Below are positions 25,985 through 34,009 of a DNA stretch of 40,386 nt, in pieces. The stretch's first letter is position 1. Each line of letters starts with the position of its first letter. The notes below the pieces were generated by a model. The model worked only from the letters and a program-made list of their open reading frames with translations. It had not been told where the DNA came from and made no database searches. This DNA is from a virus (Duplodnaviria; Heunggongvirae; Uroviricota; Caudoviricetes). The position numbers were made by a program, and so were the translations under genes. The DNA lies in IMG/VR virus record IMGVR_UViG_649989946_000002, one strand, 5' to 3'.

Positions 25985-26041
25985 TTGATTTTATTAGTAA
26001 CAAGTATTTTTTATATTTTAATAATATATTTAAAGCAGATA

Positions 26042-26066
26042 ATAAAAAACCCGCCTGAGCGGGTTT
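26042..26066. terminator. Bidirectional hairpin terminator (zinc-ribbon gene on + and cspB on -)
   Basis: AAAAAACCCGC-CTGA-GCGGGTTT with A/T runs on both sides. Confidence 0.5.
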
Positions 26067-26347
26067 GAGATTGTGGTGCTTTTTGTGGGAGTCATCCACT
26101 TACGCACTTTGTTTTGCCATGCCAGCAGTTAGCTTCTGCTGTAAAACTATTCATGCAGCAAACCTGCACTTCACCACAATGGTTAGCATACTTTTCCTGA
26201 TTAAGATTTTGCCAAATATGCTAGCCATTGTTTCATGTATTGGACCTCCTTACTTTTTATTAAAGAGATCCAATATTCACTACTCTGTCCGTATCTCTAC
26301 TCAGGCATCAGCCTTCTTCGTTATCGTATACAGACGAGCGATGAATT

Positions 26348-26563
26348 TTAATCAGTAATGATGACATTTGCTGCTGCAGGACCTTTAGCACCACTCTCTA
26401 TAGAGAAGGTAACCTTTTGACCTTCAAATAAGGTTCGATAATTATCATTCTGAATCGCAGAAAAATGCACAAACACATCTTTACTACCATCAACAGGAGA
26501 AATAAAGCCGAAACCTTTATCAGCGTTAAACCATTTTACTAAACCAGTCATTTTATTTGACAT
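26348..26563 (-). CDS. cspB: Cold-shock protein, CspB-like
   Basis: 71-aa [70 protein letters not shown]... Confidence 0.9.
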   Translation of the reverse strand: MSNKMTGLVKWFNADKGFGFISPVDGSKDVFVHFSAIQNDNYRTLFEGQKVTFSIESGAKGPAAANVIITD

Positions 26564-26862
26564 TCTACATTCCTTAACTTGAGCCTTTCGGCATAAATGG
26601 TTTGCATAACAGAAACGACTTCGTACTTAATTGGAGAGACTCAAAGAAGGAATAAGTGAATAACACCTGAAATGAGAACTGCTTTAGTAAACTACTTCGT
26701 ATATCGTCTGTTCTTCAAACCGACGCAATCATTAACGCATAGTTGAACATATGAAGCAATGTTTATTTTAGACATCCAGCCGTCTTCAACCCCATCAAAA
26801 AACTATAGCTTTCTTCAGGAACGTGTGTATAGTGCGCCAAGTTATCAGTATTAAGGAATTTT

Positions 26863-27075
26863 TTGTCCCGTAAAATGACAGGAATTGTCAAAACCTTTGA
26901 CGGCAAAAGCGGCAAGGGTCTTATCACCCCATCCGATGGTCGTATCGATGTCCAGCTTCATGTTTCAGCGCTCAATCTCCGCGATGCAGAAGAAATTACC
27001 ACCGGATTACGCGTGGAATTTTGCCGGATAAATGGTCTGCGTGGCCCTTCAGCTGCCAATGTTTACCTTTCATGA
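26863..27075 (+). CDS. cspF: Cold-shock-domain protein, CspF-like (divergent)
   Basis: 70-aa [73 protein letters not shown]. Confidence 0.85.
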
Positions 27076-27374
27076 GCTATATTAAAGCTTTAATTTCAGG
27101 CCCCATCGGATCACACATGGAGAGTTTTTATGAATAACCCCGTCTGTCTTGATGACTGGTTGATTGGCTTTAAAAGCTTATGCTGTACTTTGGCCGTAAT
27201 AGCTCTGCTAATAATATAATAAGCAGACTCATTGTGTTTAGGGACATTGTACTGGAAGAAAACATTTTAAACATCAGGCAAATAACCAAGTCACCAGCTA
27301 AATAATAAGTTAACAGACATGAGTCCCGGGATGAGATTCAACATTACCATTGCCCCATTTAAAGCACAAAACCC

Positions 27375-27405
27375 GCTCATCAGCGGGTTTTCTACTTTTT
27401 CTTAA
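27375..27405 (-). terminator. Hairpin terminator downstream of Q (tR'-like position)
   Basis: AAAACCCGCT-CATC-AGCGGGTTTT with flanking A/T runs, about 200 nt downstream of the Q stop on the minus strand. Confidence 0.45.
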
Positions 27406-27605
27406 CGTCGGGTATACAAAGCCCATCGTTGAAAAATTTTATCCATATTTTTTGAAAAATGCAAACATCATGTCGCCATCTTCAGCAAAAATCATTTATC
27501 TCGTCACCTTCCTCAATTGCGCTTCCGCGTATGCTTCTTCCTGCCAGCACTTTGTTACCAGTTTACCAATGACGTCCGCATACCCCTTATACCACTGATA
27601 ATCGG

Positions 27606-28277
27606 TCAGGTCTGGTACCAGCTTCTGGACATGACGTCGTGCCAGCGTGGTCGGTAAACGACTAAACCGGTTTCCATTACAACGCCCACAAATCTTATAT
27701 ACCGGTACGCCATGAAACCGGGTTCTTTTTCATCCAGAACAATCCCTTTACCCTTACACCCTCTGCACGCTGTGCTGGCTTCGCCCTTACCATGGCAATG
27801 CTGACATAGTTCCTTCACCCATTCTTCCTTGATTACAGATTCCCCGCGTCTGTAGTGTTTCACCACTTCGCGCAATACATTATAAAATCCCGTACCTGAA
27901 CAATGCTCACAGCGAGCCTTACTTGCCGCAGACCTGGAGTAATCAGCAAAGGCAAAACTCACGAGGTAAGGAATAATCTGTAACCGGATTTCTTCACTCA
28001 ATTTGTTCAATGTCGGGTTATCCAGTGCCATCGCGTAATTTAGCAGGCCTTCAATCGCAAACTGAGGGTCCTGAACACCAACTTTTGCCAGAAATAAGGC
28101 CAACCCAAGTGGTGCTTTCGACTGCACCATCCCCTGCGCTGCCATTACATCCGTAATTGTTAAACAACCGGTGCCTGTCGCTGGAGCGTCATCGCTCAAT
28201 TTTGGAGATTTTGGGGAGTAATATTTTGGTAAGGCTTCAAGGTTCATGCTCGTTCTCCACTTACGCCAGTACGCCAA
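27606..28277 (-). CDS. Late-gene antiterminator Q (QuuQ/phage-82-type, zinc-binding)
   Basis: 223-aa ORF with CxxC...CxxC cluster (CEHCSGTG...CQHCHGKGEASTACRGCKGKG); position between nin-like genes and lysis cassette. Confidence 0.75.
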   Translation of the reverse strand: MAYWRKWRTSMNLEALPKYYSPKSPKLSDDAPATGTGCLTITDVMAAQGMVQSKAPLGLALFLAKVGVQDPQFAIEGLLNYAMALDNPTLNKLSEEIRLQIIPYLVSFAFADYSRSAASKARCEHCSGTGFYNVLREVVKHYRRGESVIKEEWVKELCQHCHGKGEASTACRGCKGKGIVLDEKEPGFMAYRYIRFVGVVMETGLVVYRPRWHDVMSRSWYQT

Positions 28278-29097
28278 TTGCCAGCGCGCGATCGATAAAA
28301 CGAAATATCAGCTCCAGTTGGGAGCCATACTTATCTTCAAATGCCACTGTATCCGTATGCAGCTCGTTGTGATGCTTTCTGCACAAAGGCAACACAAAGA
28401 GATCATGTGCTTTTGTTCCCATTCCGCCCTGCCCGTGACCAATCAGATGATGCGGATCGTCGGCTGGCATACCGCAGCAAGCACACGGCTGTGTCTTAAC
28501 CCAACGTGTGTATTTCTCCTTAACCCAGCGGCGACGTTTAGGCAGCTTCATGAAAGATTCCGGAGACTCTGGATCAACGGTGATGCTTACCACCGTCTTT
28601 TCCTGTGGTGATTTTTGTTGCTGGTGGGCGTAAGGCAACGGTGCAAGATTTTTTGTGCGTTGTTTCAATATGCTGGTGGCGGTCTGCTCTCCCGGTACGA
28701 TGTCGCTTTCGCGGTACACCGAGCAGATTTTTTCCGCTGGTAATCCCAGCGAACGACGCGATACAGCCTCAGGTAGTGCATCCACCACCTGATTGCAGAC
28801 CGCCCACCAGGATAATTCAGCCAAAGATAATTCCCGCTCCTGCGTACCGCTTATTGCGTGACGGATGACGTCAATCACCCATGCTGTCAGATTTTGTTGA
28901 GCAAGCAGCTCCAGTGATTCCGATGTCTGGTCACGCAGTTGGTTGTCGCAGTGCCAGCACAACACCATTGCGCCGGTACCATAACGGTGAATGACTGTTT
29001 CAGTGTGATGGTAATCGCCATTAGGCCACTGGCAGGATGTAACATGACGTAATAGCCAGTCGGACAATGCGCCAACGCCGCCAGCAGCACGAATCAC
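28261..29097 (-). CDS. YdfU-like DUF968 protein with C-terminal HNH-like motif
   Basis: 278-aa ORF; C-terminus CACCGMPADDPHHLIGHGQGGMGTKAHDLFVLPLCRKHHNELH; ATG overlaps the upstream ORF stop (ATGA). Confidence 0.65.
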   Translation of the reverse strand: MIRAAGGVGALSDWLLRHVTSCQWPNGDYHHTETVIHRYGTGAMVLCWHCDNQLRDQTSESLELLAQQNLTAWVIDVIRHAISGTQERELSLAELSWWAVCNQVVDALPEAVSRRSLGLPAEKICSVYRESDIVPGEQTATSILKQRTKNLAPLPYAHQQQKSPQEKTVVSITVDPESPESFMKLPKRRRWVKEKYTRWVKTQPCACCGMPADDPHHLIGHGQGGMGTKAHDLFVLPLCRKHHNELHTDTVAFEDKYGSQLELIFRFIDRALAIGVLA

Positions 29098-29348
29098 CCG
29101 TTCGTTACTAAAAACGGCAGCAATGTTTTGTCTTCCGCCAGCGGCTGGCGAACGGCAGGAACGACTCCGGATGGCAGATTACGCATGCTTTTTGGTTCCG
29201 GTTCCACCAGCACTCGAGGATTATGAAATATCTGTATGGATTCACGGCCCGGCTTAAGGACCACCAGCCCAAGCTCAGGCACCAGAACAGGTCTAAGTAA
29301 TACCCGCACGTTACCTCCAGATCCGTTGCTGGAAAGTGCGGGACGCAC
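29094..29348 (-). CDS. Hypothetical protein (84 aa), possibly the N-terminal part of the DUF968 gene
   Basis: ORF whose stop overlaps the DUF968 ATG; low-complexity sequence, weak support. Confidence 0.3.
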   Translation of the reverse strand: MRPALSSNGSGGNVRVLLRPVLVPELGLVVLKPGRESIQIFHNPRVLVEPEPKSMRNLPSGVVPAVRQPLAEDKTLLPFLVTNG

Positions 29349-29589
29349 GTGGTGGGCGTTCGGAATAAGGCAGCCTGACAGAGATTATCCAGTGCCGATA
29401 GTCGAGACTGAGAGCTTTCTTAACCTCGAACCCGCGCCTGCGGTAAGAATGAATCAGCCATTCGGCCTGTTCTGCAGTGCATGGAGGGTGCTGGAACCAT
29501 TCAGACTTGAATGCGTGAGAATACCGCCCGTGCGTGCAGGCAAGAACGGGCGAATTATCAGAATTGTAATATTTTGCGTTGCGTGCCAT
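29311..29589 (-). CDS. Hypothetical protein (92 aa)
   Basis: ORF MARNAKYYNSDNSPVLACTHGRYSHAFKSEWFQHPPCTAEQAEWLIHSYRRRGFEVKKAL...; nin-region position. Confidence 0.4.
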   Translation of the reverse strand: MARNAKYYNSDNSPVLACTHGRYSHAFKSEWFQHPPCTAEQAEWLIHSYRRRGFEVKKALSLDYRHWIISVRLPYSERPPRASRTFQQRIWR

Positions 29590-29655
29590 CGGTTTTCTCC
29601 GGTGGCACGGTGTTACTCAGCGGGAGTTCAGCCCCGCGCAAGATTGTAGATGAGT

Positions 29656-29907
29656 TTATTCTCCTGAAAAAGCAGAAAAGCCAGCTTTTATTCCGATCTC
29701 TTTCAATGCCTGTAATGAAGTGACAAACTCACCTTCGCGCAAGATAAATCCGTCCGTGACCCGAGCATCCACAAAATTAATTAACGCAGCCCCATTCTTT
29801 CGCAAACACATAATGCGGTAATGACTAACAAGATTTCCATTTTCAACGCACACAGCATAGAGGCCATCTTCACAAAAAATTTTACGCAGTTCTTCGATGT
29901 TCATCAT
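29656..29907 (-). CDS. Hypothetical 83-aa protein (position and length fit Qin Rem; identity not verified)
   Basis: ORF MMNIEELRKIFCEDGLYAVCVENGNLVSHYRIMCLRKNGAALINFVDARVTDGFILREGEF... Confidence 0.5.
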   Translation of the reverse strand: MMNIEELRKIFCEDGLYAVCVENGNLVSHYRIMCLRKNGAALINFVDARVTDGFILREGEFVTSLQALKEIGIKAGFSAFSGE

Positions 29908-30123
29908 CAGAATCCTTCCGGATAATTAGCTCTCCCCTTTAAGGGACCATCCCTCTTATCCCTGCGCGCTACTTAAGTATTTTTGATTCTATTCCGGCAC
30001 CGTCCAGAACTTCAAACGCGTTGAAAATAAAAACAAAAACCCGCCGAAGCGGGTTAAGTGCGGGTGCGTTGAGGATGCCTGCCACATCAGAGGTGGCGAG
30101 GGATTTCTCCCCCGCCGGGTCTC

Positions 30124-30279
30124 TTACTCCTCAGGTTCGTAAGCTGTGAAGACAGCGACCTCCGTCTGGCCGGTTCGGATTCGTACCTCGCAGAGGTCTT
30201 TCCTCGTTACCAGTGCCGTCACTATGACGGTTAAACAGATGACGATCAGGGCGATTAACATCGCCTTTTGCTGCTTCAT
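30124..30279 (-). CDS. hokD: Hok-family membrane toxin HokD (RelF), 51 aa; absent from the ORF track
   Basis: Hand translation of the minus strand: MKQQKAMLIALIVICLTVIVTALVTRKDLCEVRIRTGQTEVAVFTAYEPEE*. Confidence 0.9.
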   Translation of the reverse strand: MKQQKAMLIALIVICLTVIVTALVTRKDLCEVRIRTGQTEVAVFTAYEPEE

Positions 30280-30350
30280 AGCCTGCTTCTCCTGTCAACG
30301 CAAAGCAGAAGTGTCACCTTCGGTGCGAAACAGAGATGTCATGCTTTGGT

Positions 30351-30638
30351 TCAGAGAATGCGTTTGACCGCCTCGCTATATACTTCCGAGCGTTCTCTTT
30401 TCCCAACAGAAATCACGAAAACGACAACTTTCTCGTCTATAACCTGGTATACAAGGCGATAGCCTGAAGACCGGAGCTTAATCTTGTAACAATCAGGCAT
30501 ACCACGGAGCTTGTTTGCTTCAATCCGGGGTGACTCAAGTACTTCAACCAGCTTCTTTTTCAACTGTTCACGTACCGTCGAGCCCAGCTTTCGCCATTCC
30601 TTTAGTGCCCGCTCGTCAAAATCCAGAAAATACGCCAT
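30351..30638 (-). CDS. relE: mRNA interferase toxin RelE
   Basis: 95-aa ORF MAYFLDFDERALKEWRKLGSTVREQLKKKLVEVLESPRIEANKLRGMPDCYKIKLRSSGYRLVYQVIDEKVVVFVISVGKRERSEVY... Confidence 0.95.
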   Translation of the reverse strand: MAYFLDFDERALKEWRKLGSTVREQLKKKLVEVLESPRIEANKLRGMPDCYKIKLRSSGYRLVYQVIDEKVVVFVISVGKRERSEVYSEAVKRIL

Positions 30639-30877
30639 CAGAGTTCATCCAGCGTCACACGTACTGGCTTAGGATTACGAAGCCGTTCTTTCACTATCTC
30701 CACAAGTTCAGCATCTTCATCACTCAGGAGTGTCTGTTTGAACGGCAAGCGTTCATTGTCAGCGATATACTCGAGCATGAGACGAAGCGCTTCAGAAGGA
30801 GTTACACCCATTTTTTCAAGCGCGGCGTAAGAACGCGCTTTAAGTTCATCGTCAATACGCAGGTTAATGCTACCCAT
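30638..30877 (-). CDS. relB: Antitoxin RelB
   Basis: 79-aa ORF MGSINLRIDDELKARSYAALEKMGVTPSEALRLMLEYIADNERLPFKQTLLSDEDAELVEIVKERL...; stop overlaps relE start. Confidence 0.95.
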   Translation of the reverse strand: MGSINLRIDDELKARSYAALEKMGVTPSEALRLMLEYIADNERLPFKQTLLSDEDAELVEIVKERLRNPKPVRVTLDEL

Positions 30878-30887
30878 GTCTTACACC

Positions 30888-30916
30888 TATTGTAATTACA
30901 AATGTCATTACAAGTA
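30888..30916 (-). promoter_or_regulatory. relBE operator (relO) / promoter region
   Basis: Adjacent imperfect palindromes TTGTAATTACAA and TTGTCATTACAAG immediately upstream of relB. Confidence 0.6.
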
Positions 30917-31359
30917 TCGCACTACAACATGCTTAGGGCAAGTCACGAAGGAAGTCAGAAAGTAGTCGTAAGAACGGTGATCACTGTCCGCTTTGTGCCA
31001 GGAGCAGCCATTGCTAAGTCCATCCTGTATTGTGCAGGTCAGCTCGTTTTTAAAGAGTCCGGCCATCATCTTACTGGTACAGACACCATATACTTTGTGA
31101 CGGTCAGGCTACATATGCACAACTCAACTTATTCATCTATTTTTTGCTTTAGCATGTCAGTGTTGCTTTCTCGTCGGCGGGTGAGCGGTGACCTGACCTG
31201 TCGATAAAGGAACGTAGCACGTTTTATGCAACACCCGCATGCGGCAGAAAATTATTGCCGAACGTTTACCCCTGTCAACAAGCTTTACTTTCTGAGGCGC
31301 GCCAGCCCGCGAGGAAAACAATCTGAACATCAAACAATTAATGACACAAGAAATACGAT

Positions 31360-31385
31360 TAAAGATTTTTTGTGCATGCCGATAG
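31360..31385 (+). promoter_or_regulatory. Sigma-28 (FliA)-type promoter upstream of flxA
   Basis: TAAAGATT-N10-GCCGATAG resembles the TAAAGTTT-N11-GCCGATAA consensus, about 25 nt upstream of the flxA ATG. Confidence 0.6.
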
Positions 31386-31408
31386 TGCTTTTTTAAAAGG
31401 AGAAATCT

Positions 31409-31726
31409 ATGTCTGTCACAATTCAGGGAAATACCTCAACCGTTATTTCAAACAACTCCGCCCCGGAAGGAACATCAGAAATAGCCAAAATCACAAGACA
31501 AATTCAGGTGCTGACTGAAAAGCTTGGGAAAATCTCATCGGAAGAGGGGATGACGACACAGCAGAAAAAAGAAATGGCTGCATTGGTACAGAAGCAAATT
31601 GAAAGCCTCAGGGCTCAACTGGAGCAGTTGTTAAGGCAGCAGGCAGAGAAAAAGAATAAAGACGCGACAGTTCAGCCTGATAAAAAGAAGAGAAAAAGAC
31701 GATACAAATACCGCTGGCACCATTGA
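31409..31726 (+). CDS. flxA: FlxA-like protein
   Basis: 105-aa ORF MSVTIQGNTSTVISNNSAPEGTSEIAKITRQIQVLTEKLGKISSEEGMTTQQKKEMAALVQKQIESL... with basic C-terminal tail. Confidence 0.8.
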   Translation: MSVTIQGNTSTVISNNSAPEGTSEIAKITRQIQVLTEKLGKISSEEGMTTQQKKEMAALVQKQIESLRAQLEQLLRQQAEKKNKDATVQPDKKKRKRRYKYRWHH

Positions 31727-31753
31727 TATTTACGTCTAAGTGACAGCCGTATT

Positions 31754-31776
31754 GTGGCCCTCATCGGGCCACTTTT
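31754..31776 (+). terminator. Rho-independent terminator after flxA
   Basis: GTGGCCC-TCATC-GGGCCAC followed by TTTT. Confidence 0.6.
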
Positions 31777-31939
31777 CGCCATCAGCCTTTTCTTTAAAGA
31801 CATATTATCTTTGTATCATTTCTGATAGTTAACATTACAAGATATAAGTAATGGACGCACTCCCAATTAGTCTATTTAAATCGCCACGAGTTTAACTGAC
31901 AACCCATGATCAATTATGAATTGCAACTATTTCTGTAGT

Positions 31940-33600
31940 CACTTTTGTGGGGACAGTCCACAAAACTGCCAACTTCCGCTTCTTGCTCTTAGCGGACATT
32001 AGCATAGGCTATTTACCATAACGCCTCATTACGCGCACCGCCCAGACTGACTCAGCGCGTTTCTGGCATATCCCCGGTAAAACAAGTAACAAACCACCCG
32101 AAAATGAACACCAGAAACGCGACTTAAGAATCTACCCTATGAATGGATATGCACTCAACCGAATCGATCTTGGTTTCAATCTATTTTATCGGGATCAGGC
32201 TTCTTTTTAGGTAACTTCGGGGGCTTAACTTGCTGATGACTTTGCGTTCGGCGCGTAAGCCAGGGATGGTCAGCTTTAGATTTAACATAGTATTTTGAGC
32301 GTAAATCAATACGGGCATTATCCACTCGTTCATGGACACTCTTTTCATCATCCAGTGGTATAGGCTCCGGGCCATCAACATACTTTTCCCAGCCCAGCGC
32401 TTTCCCGTCATACAGAACGTTAATTTCACCGTCAAAGTTCTCACATACAGTAACAACCGAATGCCTAAGTCGATATCCCCGGCCCTCACTGCGTACCTGA
32501 AACGCACTGCTTTTGTACTGGAAAGTGAGATTTTTAGACAGAACGCGCTTCGCCTGTAGGCTGAAGATATAACCCAGTTCCTCTTCAGAATGGTGCACAT
32601 CAAGATGAGCATTATCAGTAGTACGAGGCGACGTAGCGAACCGGTTGTTATAGGCTTCAATAAAGGTCGGCAACCATGCATTTGCTGTTTCAATATCACT
32701 GATATTCTGAAGCCGCATTTCTTTGACCAGCCTGTCCTGTAGTGTCTGATTGGCGCGCTCTACCCGCCCTTTTGCCTGCGGGCTGTTGGCATGGATTGGC
32801 TCGATGCCCTGTGTCTTTATCGCACGAGTGAACTGGGTCAGCTCACCTTCCCGCTCTGGGTTATTTACCCTGAATATACTGTGTCTATCAGAGTAGAGAG
32901 CGAGCGGTACGCCATGATCATTAAGGTAACCCCGGAGGGTTTCCATGTAAGCCCGGGTTGTTTCAGCAGGCACAAAACGCAACGCCATCAACGCACTGGT
33001 GGCATCATCAATGAAAACGATCAGTGTACATCTGGGGCCTCGATTTTCAAACCAGTCATGAGGTGAGCCATCAATCTGGATCAGTTCACCGTAAGATGGT
33101 CGTCGCATGCGGCGTTGATATATACGGGCAATTTTACGACGGCGTTCACGCCATAACCCCTCTTCTATCATCCACTTTCTGAGAGTTTCAACGGATAAAG
33201 ATAAACCGTGTATCTCGCGCAATTTTTCGCACGCAAACGTAGGTCCAAAATCAGCGTAACGGCCTTTGAGGAGTGAAATTACTGTTGCTCTGAATTCAGT
33301 AGAAAAGGAATTATTAGGATGCTTTCCACGTCGGTGGGAAACCAGACCAGAAGGCCCTTCATTTCTATACCGTTGCACCAGACGTTTAACCTGCCGAATA
33401 GAAATGCCAATGCGTGCCGCAGCTTGTTCCTGAGTAATATGTCGATTAATTGACTCCTGAATAATCTGAAGTCGGTGGAGTTCCTTATGACTCATCGTAA
33501 CAGTCTCTTTGATCATGAAAAATCCCCCAGAGAATTGTCTGGGGACATTTTAGAATGGTTCAAAGGGGACATTACAGCTTGGTGTTAACAATAGCCTGCT
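31940..33600 (-). mobile_element. Second IS element (rve/DDE transposase, IS481- or ISNCY-like); ends not resolved
   Basis: Single large transposase ORF flanked by non-coding DNA; GGGGACA-containing motifs near both flanks; no terminal inverted repeats could be confirmed by eye. Confidence 0.35.
32176..33516 (-). CDS. DDE-type (integrase-core, rve) transposase with N-terminal HTH
   Basis: 446-aa ORF: HTH (ITQEQAAARIGISIRQVKRLVQRY), DDE core (LIQIDGSPHDW..., LIVFIDDATS..., ALYSDRHSIF..., RVERANQTLQDRLVKEMR). Confidence 0.85.
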   Translation of the reverse strand: MIKETVTMSHKELHRLQIIQESINRHITQEQAAARIGISIRQVKRLVQRYRNEGPSGLVSHRRGKHPNNSFSTEFRATVISLLKGRYADFGPTFACEKLREIHGLSLSVETLRKWMIEEGLWRERRRKIARIYQRRMRRPSYGELIQIDGSPHDWFENRGPRCTLIVFIDDATSALMALRFVPAETTRAYMETLRGYLNDHGVPLALYSDRHSIFRVNNPEREGELTQFTRAIKTQGIEPIHANSPQAKGRVERANQTLQDRLVKEMRLQNISDIETANAWLPTFIEAYNNRFATSPRTTDNAHLDVHHSEEELGYIFSLQAKRVLSKNLTFQYKSSAFQVRSEGRGYRLRHSVVTVCENFDGEINVLYDGKALGWEKYVDGPEPIPLDDEKSVHERVDNARIDLRSKYYVKSKADHPWLTRRTQSHQQVKPPKLPKKKPDPDKID

Positions 33601-33969
33601 TCTCCTTGCCTTCCGGCACTCGCGACAGATTATGTTTAGACGACTGTCGTAGCGACGTATTTCTCCGTCAGGTAATGACCAGATAAGGTCCGGATCAACC
33701 ACAGCAGGTTTCTTCACCTTTGCCCTCGAGAGTTTTTTGCGGGCGTTTTGCCAGTCCTTACGCGCCTGTTCAGACGGGAATAACCCGTAACCAGAGCTGT
33801 ATACATCGCCACTGGCAACCAGCTCTCTGGCCAGAACGCTCATCAGATATCTTGTTGCCCCAGTTTTAGCTTCCAGTTGTCGTAACGTCTCGCGCCCACT
33901 CTGGCGTACGAGTTCCACCACCTGCCCTTTAATTTTTTCCCGCTCTTCTTGTGTAAAAACTTTTGCCAC
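33550..33969 (-). CDS. Hypothetical replication-module protein (position of a helicase-loader gene); C-terminus may be altered by the adjacent IS
   Basis: 139-aa ORF MAKVFTQEEREKIKGQVVELVRQSGRETLRQLEAKTGATRYLMSVLARELVASGDVY...; last codons lie in the IS-proximal sequence. Confidence 0.4.
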   Translation of the reverse strand: MAKVFTQEEREKIKGQVVELVRQSGRETLRQLEAKTGATRYLMSVLARELVASGDVYSSGYGLFPSEQARKDWQNARKKLSRAKVKKPAVVDPDLIWSLPDGEIRRYDSRLNIICRECRKARRSRLLLTPSCNVPFEPF

Positions 33970-34009
33970 AAGTCCTCCTGAACATTACTTTATACCCTAA
34001 AATCAACAC

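Noticed and set aside
26065-26358. 97-aa plus-strand ORF
   Set aside because: Overlaps the cspB terminator and coding region on the opposite strand; no RBS; hydrophobic low-complexity translation.
27350-27598. 82-aa plus-strand ORF
   Set aside because: Spans the hairpin terminator and the A/T-rich region downstream of Q; likely non-coding late-promoter/terminator DNA.
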